In this document: positions 18,045-27,078 of the stretch, piece by piece | Layout of the letters: every line of letters starts with the position of its first letter | Position numbering within the stretch: the first letter of the stretch is position 1 | NCBI GenBank assembly: GCA_964447165.1 | Contig: CAYURS010000001.1 | Span: forward strand, 1-27,078 | Length of the DNA: 27,078 nucleotides | From: an uncultured Thiotrichales bacterium | Lineage (GTDB): Bacteria; Pseudomonadota; Gammaproteobacteria; GCA-2400775 | Direction: 5' to 3' | Position numbers and translations under genes: made by a program | The notes under the pieces: model-generated | The model's database searches: none | What the model was told of the DNA's origin: nothing | The model's input: only the letters and a program-made list of their open reading frames with translations

Positions 18045-21000
18045 CTCTGCCACTATTAGTGCGCTGCGCTGCTGCGTTTTTTAATAAAATCACCTCAGGA
18101 TCCGCCCAAGGGCCACTAACGTGATATTTGTAGTGTAATATTTTTGGATTAAACAGCTTATGCAAAAATAGAATAGCTGTGCCAATTCCTGCCCCTGCCG
18201 GCCCAGCAACGGCGGCTCCAAGCAATGGCAAGCTCGAACTCACTGCTGGTGTCACTGCCATAATCTGATCATAATCTTGTTTCGCTAAGCCAATTCTCCC
18301 TGCAATATCGATGCGCGCTGCTGGCCCTTGCAGTGACAAATCATCTGTCACCGCATCGCCATTCTTTACTGAAAAACTCCCTTCAATGGTATTAATTTGT
18401 AACCCTTTTTTAAATAAATCAGAAAAATCTAAGCTTAAGCGTTGCGGCAAAGCTTGGATACTTAACAAACCAAATACTCTACCCGCACCCGGGTCAATAT
18501 CACTAAAATTGATATCTTCCATCGACAAACCAATTTGTCCATTTAATTTTTCGTGGCTGTAGTCAAACGGTATCCCACGCCAAAAAACATTCGCATTGAT
18601 AGCACTCACCCCACCATCAACATTATCTGCTGCGTAACCAAAATGGCTTAACATATCACCCAAATCAGTCGTTTCTGCTACAACATTAAATGAAGATCGC
18701 TGCGTATTAGCCGTCTGAGTCCAATTGCCCGCACCTGCTAACAGCAAGACAGGCAATCGTATTGCAATACCTTCAATGTGCTGCCCTTGCTTGATCTTGC
18801 TCGTCTTAAATGCTAATTCACCTAAATCGAGACTACCATAGTTAAACTGTTTAATTTTCACGTTAACCGTTGGAACTTTACGCGGGTCTAGATTGTTTTC
18901 TGTAGGCGTTTTTGCTAATGAATTTTCTCTGTCAGCGTTTAATGCCAAGCTTTCCATGTTAAGGGTAATATGAGCTCCTGTGCCAACACCTTCTGTCACA
19001 ACCGCACCATTAATACCTTCTCCATTCAGCAGCACCCGCCAATCTCCTTGCCGTTGCTGTGCATCGACTTTCACGTTGTTCCAGTGATAGCCAAACACTT
19101 CCAGACGATCCAAGTCCAACATCGCCTCAATAGAGAGTGCATCGTCAGATTGCTCGTTATCAACCAGTGTTGTTGCTGCGATTATCCAATCTGCCAAGAC
19201 GAGTCGATCAAGCTCGCCATGAATAACAATTCCTTTTGCCGTCGCTGCAAGTTTTTCTGGTGCCCGGCCTAAGCCGACATTTAACAAAGCAAGTTTGTTA
19301 CCCTTTTCTGCCTTCTCCAAGTCAAGATCTGCATAAACATTGTCACCAAACGACAACGCCACTGATGTGTTACCGAAAGGCAGTGCTGTTGCTAAGGAAA
19401 AATGCTCAACAGTTGTCGCTTCCTTAGCAAAAGGATGAGGAAATTGGCTGGCAATACCAACAAGATCTGACTCGATGTAGAGTTCAGCGCTGCCTCCCAA
19501 TACAAGCACTTCGGCTTTCCATGTTGACTCGCCCTGCGCAAACTGCGCTAGCCAAGGTAAGCCACTAAGCTGTGCATACTTGGCCACATCACCCTCGCCT
19601 TGCGCTGAAAATTTAGTGCCACGCTTGTCACCCTTGACCACTGGCTCGAGGTCAACCAATGCACGCATACCAAGTATGTCGGCAGCAATTGCCTTGCCAT
19701 GCAAACCTTGATTGTCAAAGCTCAGCGTGCCATCGATATTTTCTGCGACAAATGCATCATTGGCCACACTCAAACGATTATCAATCAGGGCCAGTTCGCC
19801 ATATACGTTAACTGGCCCCGGTATGGCTATATCTAATTCCAGCGAGAGTTCACTATTACCTTCTACAGCTAATACCTTAAGCGAATCGGCAAACCTTTTT
19901 TGCAGCGGGCTTTGCTCAAGAAACAATAACGCATCTGAGCTGGCTCCTTGCATTGTCCCCGCTATGGTCATAGCAACGGGCTTAACCGTAAAGTCAGACA
20001 CCAACATTTTCGCTGCATTAATTTTGCTATCTATCACTGTGCCATCGTTTAGCAGTAACTCAATACTGGCATTATGTATATGCAAATCAGCATGAATGTT
20101 TTCGATAGCCGGCCAAGCACTGACATATTCAAGTTTGCCATTGCTAATGTGTATATTAAGCGCAAATAAACCTTCGCCACCCTTAAAAGGAAATTGCTTT
20201 ATCGGCCCTTTTAATTCGACACTCCCCGCCGATACCATACCTTGCTGGAGCGCACGGTCATACCAGCGCACTGCTTTTGGGTGCATCAGCTTTGCCGGCA
20301 TATAAAGCGAACGTTTAGAAATGTCCGCCCGCTCTAGCGCCAAGGCGAGATCAATATACGGTGATACATTTTTATCAGACGGTAGACGAACAGCCAGGTC
20401 GCCTTTGATAGCAAGATCTGCATTATTAATGGCTATATCGTTGGCTTCGATAAGCAACTCAGAATTCGACTTTGCCCAAGCGATATCCACCGCCAATTCA
20501 TCAAATTGTAGCGAATCTCGAAACCACTGTGGCGCATCAAGTCTGCTGTCAGATCCCGTTAACACAAGTTGGCCAGCATTACCCCCGGCACCACCTTGGT
20601 AACGAACAAAACCACTTAGGTTATCAGCACCAGGAAAAATACTCGATTCATCAATAAAGGCATTGTCAAATTCTATATAGGCCGCAAACGGTGCCTTGTT
20701 GCCGGGTTGCTCACTGGACTGCCAAAACAAAGTCGTGTGACGAACATCACCACCAAGCTGAATCTGATCAAGCTGTGATAGTTGCTTACCCAACAGTTTA
20801 CCAGGGATAAATGAACTGGCCTTAATCAAATCCAGCATCTCACTGACACGATAAGCTCCTGCTTGCAAAAGCAGAGAACGCGCTTGTGCATCGTGGTTAT
20901 AACGCACTTGTATATCGAGCACCTGCTCCGATGCGCCGACACGAGCAATACGTAATGGTGCAAACCCCACTGCCCATTCGTCATTATTTTTTTCTAGAGA

Positions 21001-21936
21001 AAAATCTGCGGATAGCAAACTAATGATGAGTTCATTGCCAACGTTTGTTGCAGTATCTTTAGGAGCTTTACTGGTAAACCTTAAATTTTCTGCCGTAATA
21101 CGCCCTTGTGCCACTACTGATTGGTTGGCGCCGATACTCGCCCATAACTCTAAATCAACATCCCCACCTTTCACCTGCTGAGCACTAGACTCAAAGCCAA
21201 TAAACTCTTTAGCAAAACCAGCCGCAGAAAGGCGCTTAAGCTTGATATAACTATCAACCAACCAATCTTCCGTCAGCAACGGTAAACCATCAAAATTGGC
21301 AACTAATTCAATGCCCACACCTAAGGCAGCCGGCACACCGGCTTGCACCGCAAGCTGATGACCTACATCGGAGGCAACAAAATAAATACTCATCCTAGGA
21401 AATATATGCAATAACTCAGGCCGTTGCTCGCTCGTAAGATATACGGTGCCATTTTCTACGATCACTTGCTGTTGTCCCGACAACCATTGCACCAGGGCGC
21501 GCTGTTGTTCAATATTCATTGGCTCAACGGATGCTGGCAAACCCGCCACTGCAAAGCGACCATCAAGTGTTTGAACAACATTCAACTCGAAACCAGCCAA
21601 ACGGATCTCACTCGTTACCAGGCGCCACTGTCTCACTGAGCTAATGATATCAACACCGAGAGACACTCTGTCGAATTCCAGCACTTGCTCATCGCTAAGC
21701 GTAATAACAACATTGGCTATCTCGATCTGGGGTTTGAAATGGTGCCAAGAGGCATCAATCTTACCAATCAGTATCTCACGGCCAATATTATCGTTAATTG
21801 TCGATTGGATTTGATAGCGAAAGTCATCAACGTAAGGAATGGCTAGGCGCACTAAACTCAATGCTATCGCAGCGACAATAACAATCACTGCAAGCACGTA
21901 CAGCAGTAGTGAGGAGGAATACCTCAATGCACTCAT
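18022..21936 (-). CDS. yhdP: YhdP, AsmA-like bridge protein for intermembrane phospholipid transport
   Basis: 1304 aa; one N-terminal transmembrane segment; beta-rich body; C-terminal GRVFGLLSIQALPQRLSLDFSDLF and Y.VSGPWADP motifs; conserved position after rng. Confidence 0.93.
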   Translation of the reverse strand: MSALRYSSSLLLYVLAVIVIVAAIALSLVRLAIPYVDDFRYQIQSTINDNIGREILIGKIDASWHHFKPQIEIANVVITLSDEQVLEFDRVSLGVDIISSVRQWRLVTSEIRLAGFELNVVQTLDGRFAVAGLPASVEPMNIEQQRALVQWLSGQQQVIVENGTVYLTSEQRPELLHIFPRMSIYFVASDVGHQLAVQAGVPAALGVGIELVANFDGLPLLTEDWLVDSYIKLKRLSAAGFAKEFIGFESSAQQVKGGDVDLELWASIGANQSVVAQGRITAENLRFTSKAPKDTATNVGNELIISLLSADFSLEKNNDEWAVGFAPLRIARVGASEQVLDIQVRYNHDAQARSLLLQAGAYRVSEMLDLIKASSFIPGKLLGKQLSQLDQIQLGGDVRHTTLFWQSSEQPGNKAPFAAYIEFDNAFIDESSIFPGADNLSGFVRYQGGAGGNAGQLVLTGSDSRLDAPQWFRDSLQFDELAVDIAWAKSNSELLIEANDIAINNADLAIKGDLAVRLPSDKNVSPYIDLALALERADISKRSLYMPAKLMHPKAVRWYDRALQQGMVSAGSVELKGPIKQFPFKGGEGLFALNIHISNGKLEYVSAWPAIENIHADLHIHNASIELLLNDGTVIDSKINAAKMLVSDFTVKPVAMTIAGTMQGASSDALLFLEQSPLQKRFADSLKVLAVEGNSELSLELDIAIPGPVNVYGELALIDNRLSVANDAFVAENIDGTLSFDNQGLHGKAIAADILGMRALVDLEPVVKGDKRGTKFSAQGEGDVAKYAQLSGLPWLAQFAQGESTWKAEVLVLGGSAELYIESDLVGIASQFPHPFAKEATTVEHFSLATALPFGNTSVALSFGDNVYADLDLEKAEKGNKLALLNVGLGRAPEKLAATAKGIVIHGELDRLVLADWIIAATTLVDNEQSDDALSIEAMLDLDRLEVFGYHWNNVKVDAQQRQGDWRVLLNGEGINGAVVTEGVGTGAHITLNMESLALNADRENSLAKTPTENNLDPRKVPTVNVKIKQFNYGSLDLGELAFKTSKIKQGQHIEGIAIRLPVLLLAGAGNWTQTANTQRSSFNVVAETTDLGDMLSHFGYAADNVDGGVSAINANVFWRGIPFDYSHEKLNGQIGLSMEDINFSDIDPGAGRVFGLLSIQALPQRLSLDFSDLFKKGLQINTIEGSFSVKNGDAVTDDLSLQGPAARIDIAGRIGLAKQDYDQIMAVTPAVSSSLPLLGAAVAGPAGAGIGTAILFLHKLFNPKILHYKYHVSGPWADPEVILLKNAAAQRTNSGRDESDKTN

Positions 21937-22063
21937 ATCGCTAACACCAAAAGAAACCCTATCAGGGCGGGCCGATTAGGCATATCACATCACAACAAGC
22001 TTAGAGCCTGTTAATCCAATCTAGATTACAGCGACAGGAGGCATTTATTTGCATTGCAAATGC

Positions 22064-23584
22064 TCACATTAATACAACATCAAACTGATCCCTAAAATAG
22101 AGTGGCTCAGTTTGAAAGCGAATAGGCTTACCGATAAATTCTTCCAGATCGGCAATACTGGCCGCTTCTTCATCATGAAACAGCTCAATTACCTCACTCG
22201 ATGCCAAGACCAAATACTGTTTAACATCATATTGCCGTGCTTCACGCAAAATATCACGCAGAATTTCGTAACAAACCGTCTTCGCAGTCTTGACTGTGCC
22301 ACGACCATCGCAGGCAGGGCAAGATTCACAAAGCAATTGGCTCAAACTCTCGCGCGTGCGCTTACGTGACATTTCAACCAGGCCTAATGGCGACACTTCT
22401 GTAATGGCACATTTCGCAGTGTCCAGAACCACTGCCTTTTCTAAGGCGCGCAAGACTTGCCTCTTGTGTTCTTCTTCTTCCATATCAATAAAATCAATAA
22501 TGATAATGCCGCCTAAATTTCGTAGCCGCAGTTGCCGCATAAGCGTATGCACTGCTTCAAGATTGGTTTTGTATATGGTTTCTTCAAAGTTACGGCTGCC
22601 AACATAAGCACCGGTATTAATATCGATGGTGATCATGGCTTCAGTCTGGTCAATAACCAGATAACCACCTGACTTGAGCGAAACTTTGCGATCTAAGGCG
22701 CGCTGTATTTCGTCTTCTACCGAATAGAGATCAAATATTGGCCGCTCGCCAGGATAGTATTCAATACGCGCCAATAATTCGGGAATAAATTTCTTAGCAA
22801 CTTCACCTGCAGTTTTGTAAGCCTCGCGCGAATCAATACGAATTTTATTGACTTGCGTCCAGGTTAAATCACGGATAGTGCGAACTACTAAAGGCAAGTC
22901 TTCATGGACTACTTTTTTGACCGCGGTCTCTTTCGCTTGTCGTTGTACTGAACGCCATAGGCGTTGCAAAAAGTCCATATCAGCACGCAGTTGCTCAGCG
23001 CTAGCGCCTTCCGCCGCTGTACGCACAATATATCCACCAGCAATATCATCGTTCTCTTGGCGCACTAGCTCACGTAAGCGATCACGCTCATCGTCGTCTT
23101 CGATGCGCTGCGATATGCCAACCGTTTTCATGTTTTCCATATACACTAAGAAGCGCGACGCAACGGATAAATGCATGGTCAAACGTGCGCCCTTGGTACC
23201 AATAGGATCTTTAGTTATCTGCACCAAGATCTCGTCGCCTTCTTTTAGTAATCCAGCAATATCGCATTCCATATCGCTATTACTATTATTACCTCTACCG
23301 CCATTGTGGTTGCCTACTTCAGCCTCGGCATCACCATTGACATGTGCGCGAACAGGCGCACCTGCAACATCAGACACGTGCAGAAATGCTGTACGATCGA
23401 GCCCGACCTCAACAAAAGCAGCCTGCATGCCAGGCAAAACACGGCAGACCTTTCCTTTATAAATATTGCCAACTAAACTTTGCTTGCCAGAACGCTCAAT
23501 AAAAACATCTTGCAAAAGCCCATTTTCAACATAGGCGATGCGCGTTTCTCGCGGCGTGACATTAATCAATAATTCGTTATTCAT
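22064..23584 (-). CDS. rng: Ribonuclease G (CafA)
   Basis: GNIYKGKV.RVLPGMQAAFV, KGARLT, IDINTG, QLRLRNLGGIIIIDFID and C-terminal CPACDGRG motifs; 506 aa with no RNase E scaffold tail. Confidence 0.97.
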   Translation of the reverse strand: MNNELLINVTPRETRIAYVENGLLQDVFIERSGKQSLVGNIYKGKVCRVLPGMQAAFVEVGLDRTAFLHVSDVAGAPVRAHVNGDAEAEVGNHNGGRGNNSNSDMECDIAGLLKEGDEILVQITKDPIGTKGARLTMHLSVASRFLVYMENMKTVGISQRIEDDDERDRLRELVRQENDDIAGGYIVRTAAEGASAEQLRADMDFLQRLWRSVQRQAKETAVKKVVHEDLPLVVRTIRDLTWTQVNKIRIDSREAYKTAGEVAKKFIPELLARIEYYPGERPIFDLYSVEDEIQRALDRKVSLKSGGYLVIDQTEAMITIDINTGAYVGSRNFEETIYKTNLEAVHTLMRQLRLRNLGGIIIIDFIDMEEEEHKRQVLRALEKAVVLDTAKCAITEVSPLGLVEMSRKRTRESLSQLLCESCPACDGRGTVKTAKTVCYEILRDILREARQYDVKQYLVLASSEVIELFHDEEAASIADLEEFIGKPIRFQTEPLYFRDQFDVVLM

Positions 23585-23587
23585 TAT

Positions 23588-24220
23588 TTATTTTCTTAGG
23601 GAACTGTCTAATAACACATTAATACCAAATCGCTTTAATAATTCGCTCGTCTCATAAAGCGGCAAGCCCATAACCCCGGAATAACTGCCTTCAATGCGAT
23701 CAATAAAACTTGCAGCAATACCCTGTATTGCGTAACCACCTGCTTTATCCATGACCTTCTCATGGCGACCATAAAACCCCATCTCAGCGCTAGTCAATAA
23801 GCGCATATGAACCCGCGTCACATTGCAAAGCAGCTCAACTGTAATCTTTCCAGTATCGACAACTTCACCGACCACCGCAACCGCCGTCAACACCTCATGC
23901 CAATTATTCGATAAGCGCGACAACATTTTCTGTGCATCGTCATGATCTATCGGCTTGCCCAGCACCTCGCCATTCACTACAACGATGGTATCAGCACCCA
24001 ATACTGGGAGTTGCCCTCCACCTTGCGCTCTGAGAGTGCGTAACACTGACGATGCTTTTTCTGTGGCAAACCGACAGACAGTGTCACGCGGTGCCTCACC
24101 CAATCGTGGTTGCTCATCAATATTGCTGACACAGACCTCAAAGTTGACCCCAATCTGCTGTAATAATTCAGCGCGCCGGGGTGACGCTGAGGCAAGAATG
24201 ATACCTGGCGGTGCAGACAT
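23588..24220 (-). CDS. maf: Maf/YhdE nucleoside triphosphate pyrophosphatase
   Basis: ILASASPRRAELL, GADTIV, KAGGYAIQG and GSYSGVMGLP motifs; position upstream of rng. Confidence 0.95.
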   Translation of the reverse strand: MSAPPGIILASASPRRAELLQQIGVNFEVCVSNIDEQPRLGEAPRDTVCRFATEKASSVLRTLRAQGGGQLPVLGADTIVVVNGEVLGKPIDHDDAQKMLSRLSNNWHEVLTAVAVVGEVVDTGKITVELLCNVTRVHMRLLTSAEMGFYGRHEKVMDKAGGYAIQGIAASFIDRIEGSYSGVMGLPLYETSELLKRFGINVLLDSSLRK

Positions 24221-24229
24221 CAGTGATGT

Positions 24230-24700
24230 TTAACCACGGTGGTACGGCAAACCACGGCCAATACTCCAGGCACGGTAAAGCTGCTCGGCGAGCACAACGC
24301 GCACTAACATATGTGGCAAAGTCAGTTGCGATAAAGACCAGCGTAAGTGTGCCCGTTGTAAACAGGACTGCGCCAGACCATCGGCACCACCCACCAATAA
24401 GGCGACATCATCGCCACTTGCCATCCACTCGGTTAATGAGCTGGCAAGCGTTTCACTACTGTATTGCTTACCCTCAACATCCAGCGCAACACACAAAGCA
24501 TTTTTGGGTATCGCCGCTAACATTTTCTCACCTTCAGCGGTTATCAGCCGCTTTATATCTGTATTTTTTCCACGCTTACCAGCTTCGATCTCGCGCAGCG
24601 ATAAACTGCATTCATGCGGCAATCGCTTGGCGAAGTCATGATAGGCATCATTCACCCAAGCGGGCATGCGGGTACCGACACTGATAAGGTGAATACGCAT
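24230..24700 (-). CDS. rlmH: 23S rRNA (pseudouridine1915-N3)-methyltransferase
   Basis: LLVGGADGL, LSQLTLPHMLVRVVLAEQLYRA and PYHR SPOUT motifs. Confidence 0.97.
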   Translation of the reverse strand: MRIHLISVGTRMPAWVNDAYHDFAKRLPHECSLSLREIEAGKRGKNTDIKRLITAEGEKMLAAIPKNALCVALDVEGKQYSSETLASSLTEWMASGDDVALLVGGADGLAQSCLQRAHLRWSLSQLTLPHMLVRVVLAEQLYRAWSIGRGLPYHRG

Positions 24701-24743
24701 AAATCAGCAAACAATAAATAAAAACGTACGTTTCAGTTGCTCT

Positions 24744-25103
24744 CTAAACCTGTTCACGCTCTTCCTGGTTATCAATATCCCACAAGCCTTCCAGGTTATA
24801 AAACTCTCTTGCTTGCGGCAGCATGACATGAACAATCACATCACCAAAATCAACCAATACCCATTCACTCTCAATTTCACCTTCCATACCTGATGAACGA
24901 TGACCTGCTTTTTTTAAGGTGTCGATCATATTGGATGCCAGCGACTTAACATGACGACTCGATGTGCCGCTGGCGATAACCATATAGTCGGTAATCGAGG
25001 TTAAACCACGCACATCCAATACTAAAATATTTAGCGCCTTCAAATCATCGAGCGCAGCTACAACTTGTTTTTTTATGTTCTCTGCTTCTATACAAGATTC
25101 CAT
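24744..25103 (-). CDS. rsfS: Ribosome silencing factor
   Basis: DLKALNI, DYMVIASGTSSRHV, WVLVDFGDVIVH and REFYNLEGLW motifs. Confidence 0.97.
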   Translation of the reverse strand: MESCIEAENIKKQVVAALDDLKALNILVLDVRGLTSITDYMVIASGTSSRHVKSLASNMIDTLKKAGHRSSGMEGEIESEWVLVDFGDVIVHVMLPQAREFYNLEGLWDIDNQEEREQV

Positions 25104-25106
25104 GAT

Positions 25107-25757
25107 TTACCTATGTTGTACTCCAGGAGTATGTTGATATAATTTATTTTGTTTGATATACGCCAATACGCTATCGGGAATTAGATACCTAACTGCTTTG
25201 TTGTCCAATAATCGTTGGCGAACATTCGTCGCTGATATGTGCAAAGGCGTTACATTTAACTCGCAGATTAGCCCTGCGGAGACAGCCGACAGTTGCGATA
25301 CATCATTCACCCTGGCAGCGCCATAATGCTGCTTTACTTTATCATTCCACTGCACCGGGTCACCGCCACGCCGCATCACTACAATATGCACCAAATCACG
25401 TAGCTCTTGCCAACGATGCCAACTCGCTAAATCTGCAAAAACATCACCACCCTGAATCAAGCAAAGTGGTGTATCAACAAACTCTTGCCGCAAAACCTCT
25501 AACGTATCGTAGGTATATGATGGGCCATCACGCATGATTTCATGATCATCGGCAACCAAATGAGACTGGCCTAACAAGGCCAATTGCAACATTTTCCAGC
25601 GGTCTTGTGCTGACACTTTGGGTGTTTGACGGTGCGGCGGTTGTGCGCTGGGAATCATCAAAACTTTAGATAACGAAAGTTGTTCAGCGACTTCTAACGC
25701 TGAACGCAAATGACCGAAATGGATAGGGTCAAAGGTGCCGCCATAAACGCCTATCAT
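25107..25757 (-). CDS. nadD: Nicotinate-nucleotide adenylyltransferase
   Basis: GGTFDPIHFGH, PSYTYDTL, WHRW and ISATNVR motifs. Confidence 0.97.
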   Translation of the reverse strand: MIGVYGGTFDPIHFGHLRSALEVAEQLSLSKVLMIPSAQPPHRQTPKVSAQDRWKMLQLALLGQSHLVADDHEIMRDGPSYTYDTLEVLRQEFVDTPLCLIQGGDVFADLASWHRWQELRDLVHIVVMRRGGDPVQWNDKVKQHYGAARVNDVSQLSAVSAGLICELNVTPLHISATNVRQRLLDNKAVRYLIPDSVLAYIKQNKLYQHTPGVQHR

Positions 25758-25760
25758 CCG

Positions 25761-27059
25761 TTAACAACGAATATGGCCATCACCCAGCACTATATACTTT
25801 TGCGAGGTTAGGCCTTGCAAACCGACAGGGCCGCGCACATGAAGTTTGTCAGTACTAATGCCAATTTCAGCACCCAGGCCATATTCAAAACCGTCAGCAA
25901 ACCGTGTTGACGTATTAACCATGACAGAACTTGAATCCACTTCACGCAAAAAACGTTGTGTCGCTGAATAATTTTCACTAACAATCGATTCGGTATGGTT
26001 CGAGCTGTATTGATGGATATGATCTAGCGCCTGGTCAAGCCCATCAACGATACGAATAGACAAAATGGGTGCTAGATATTCCTCGTGCCAATCATCTTCG
26101 GTTGCCGCTTTAGCCTTAGTAATAATCTTTAATGTACGAGCACAACCACGTAGCTCAACGTCTTTGGCAGCATATTCTTTTGCCAACAAAGGCAATACTT
26201 GCGTAGCGATGGAATCGGCAACCAATAATGTCTCCATCGTATTGCACGTGCCATAACGTTGGGTCTTTGCATTCACCGCAATGGCAACAGCCTTATCAAT
26301 ATTGGCATCGCCATCGATATAGACATGGCAGACGCCATGCAAATGTTTAATCACTGGCACGCGGGCATCGGTACTGACACGTTCAATCAAGCCCTTGCCA
26401 CCGCGTGGCACGATAACGTCAACATAATCTTTCATGCGTACCAATGCGCTCACCGCTGCGCGATCAGTCGTCGGCACAACTTGCACTGCGGCTAACGGTA
26501 AGCCTGCCTGACGCAAGCCATCATGAATGCAACGTGCAATCGCCTGATTAGAATGCAGCGCTTCTGAACCGCCGCGCAATATCGCCGCATTGCCTGATTT
26601 CAAACACAAAGCCGCTGCATCGGCCGTGACATTAGGGCGCGATTCGTAAATGATGCCAACAACACCCAGCGGCACACGCATATGCCCGACCTGAATGCCC
26701 GAGGGCTGGTAACTCATACCACTGATTTCGCCAACAGGGTCAGGCAGTGCTGCAACCTGACGCAAACCATCTGCCATTGTCTCGATGCGCTCGGCGTTCA
26801 GCTCAAGCCGATCCATCAAGGCAGCGCTCAAACCACGGGCACGACCAGCATCAAGGTCTTTCTTGTTTTCGGCAATCAAATCAGCCTGACGCCCAACAAT
26901 CGCTTCGGCAATAGCGATCAATGCAGTATTTTTATCCGCCGTACTGGCAGACATCAGCACACGCGAAGCCGCTTTAGCATTGCGGCCCAGCTCGTTCATT
27001 AGTGCTTCGATACTGTCCGTACCCATATTAGTGGTGATATCTGTGGCTGTGGAGACCAT
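25761..27059 (-). CDS. proA: Gamma-glutamyl phosphate reductase
   Basis: [38 protein letters not shown] and [13 protein letters not shown] motifs. Confidence 0.98.
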   Translation of the reverse strand: MVSTATDITTNMGTDSIEALMNELGRNAKAASRVLMSASTADKNTALIAIAEAIVGRQADLIAENKKDLDAGRARGLSAALMDRLELNAERIETMADGLRQVAALPDPVGEISGMSYQPSGIQVGHMRVPLGVVGIIYESRPNVTADAAALCLKSGNAAILRGGSEALHSNQAIARCIHDGLRQAGLPLAAVQVVPTTDRAAVSALVRMKDYVDVIVPRGGKGLIERVSTDARVPVIKHLHGVCHVYIDGDANIDKAVAIAVNAKTQRYGTCNTMETLLVADSIATQVLPLLAKEYAAKDVELRGCARTLKIITKAKAATEDDWHEEYLAPILSIRIVDGLDQALDHIHQYSSNHTESIVSENYSATQRFLREVDSSSVMVNTSTRFADGFEYGLGAEIGISTDKLHVRGPVGLQGLTSQKYIVLGDGHIRC

Positions 27060-27078
27060 GGCGAACCTTATTTAGCGG

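Noticed and set aside
22848-23462. 204 aa plus-strand ORF, and other long shadow ORFs (2518..3051, 194..670, 7774..8271, 24211..24684)
   Set aside because: All lie antisense within well-supported genes and show no family motifs. They are expected from codon bias.

Overview
A 27 kb chromosomal core region of a proteobacterium, most likely a non-enteric gammaproteobacterium (inferred from gene order only). I found no mobile element, CRISPR array, rRNA or tRNA. From 27059 down to 5606, 22 genes run without interruption on the minus strand: proA-nadD-rsfS-rlmH-maf-rng-yhdP-nitrilase-mlaFEDCB-ibaG/bolA-murA-hisG-hisD-hisB-hisH-hisA-hisF-hisE-tatABC. A DegS/AlgW protease follows on the plus strand, divergent from a Nif3-like gene. 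The accessory part is the left 3.6 kb. There, a clear sigma70 promoter and a ~300 nt leader precede a pentaheme cytochrome c (ActA-like) and a stand-alone Tat-lipoprotein of the Mo-bisPGD enzyme fold (ActB1/QrcB-like), plus the first 10 codons of a third gene. This looks like the start of an alternative complex III (ACIII)/Qrc-type quinol oxidoreductase operon. It sits where Burkholderiales carry the bc1 operon petABC. Its ActB1-like subunit keeps all four FS0 cysteines but appears to lack the Mo ligand, and its pentaheme subunit appears to have a cleavable signal peptide. Other oddities: hisC and hisI are missing from the his cluster, and yhdP-nit is joined directly to mlaF with no tldD. All assignments come from motifs read by eye; no database search or RNA folding was run.
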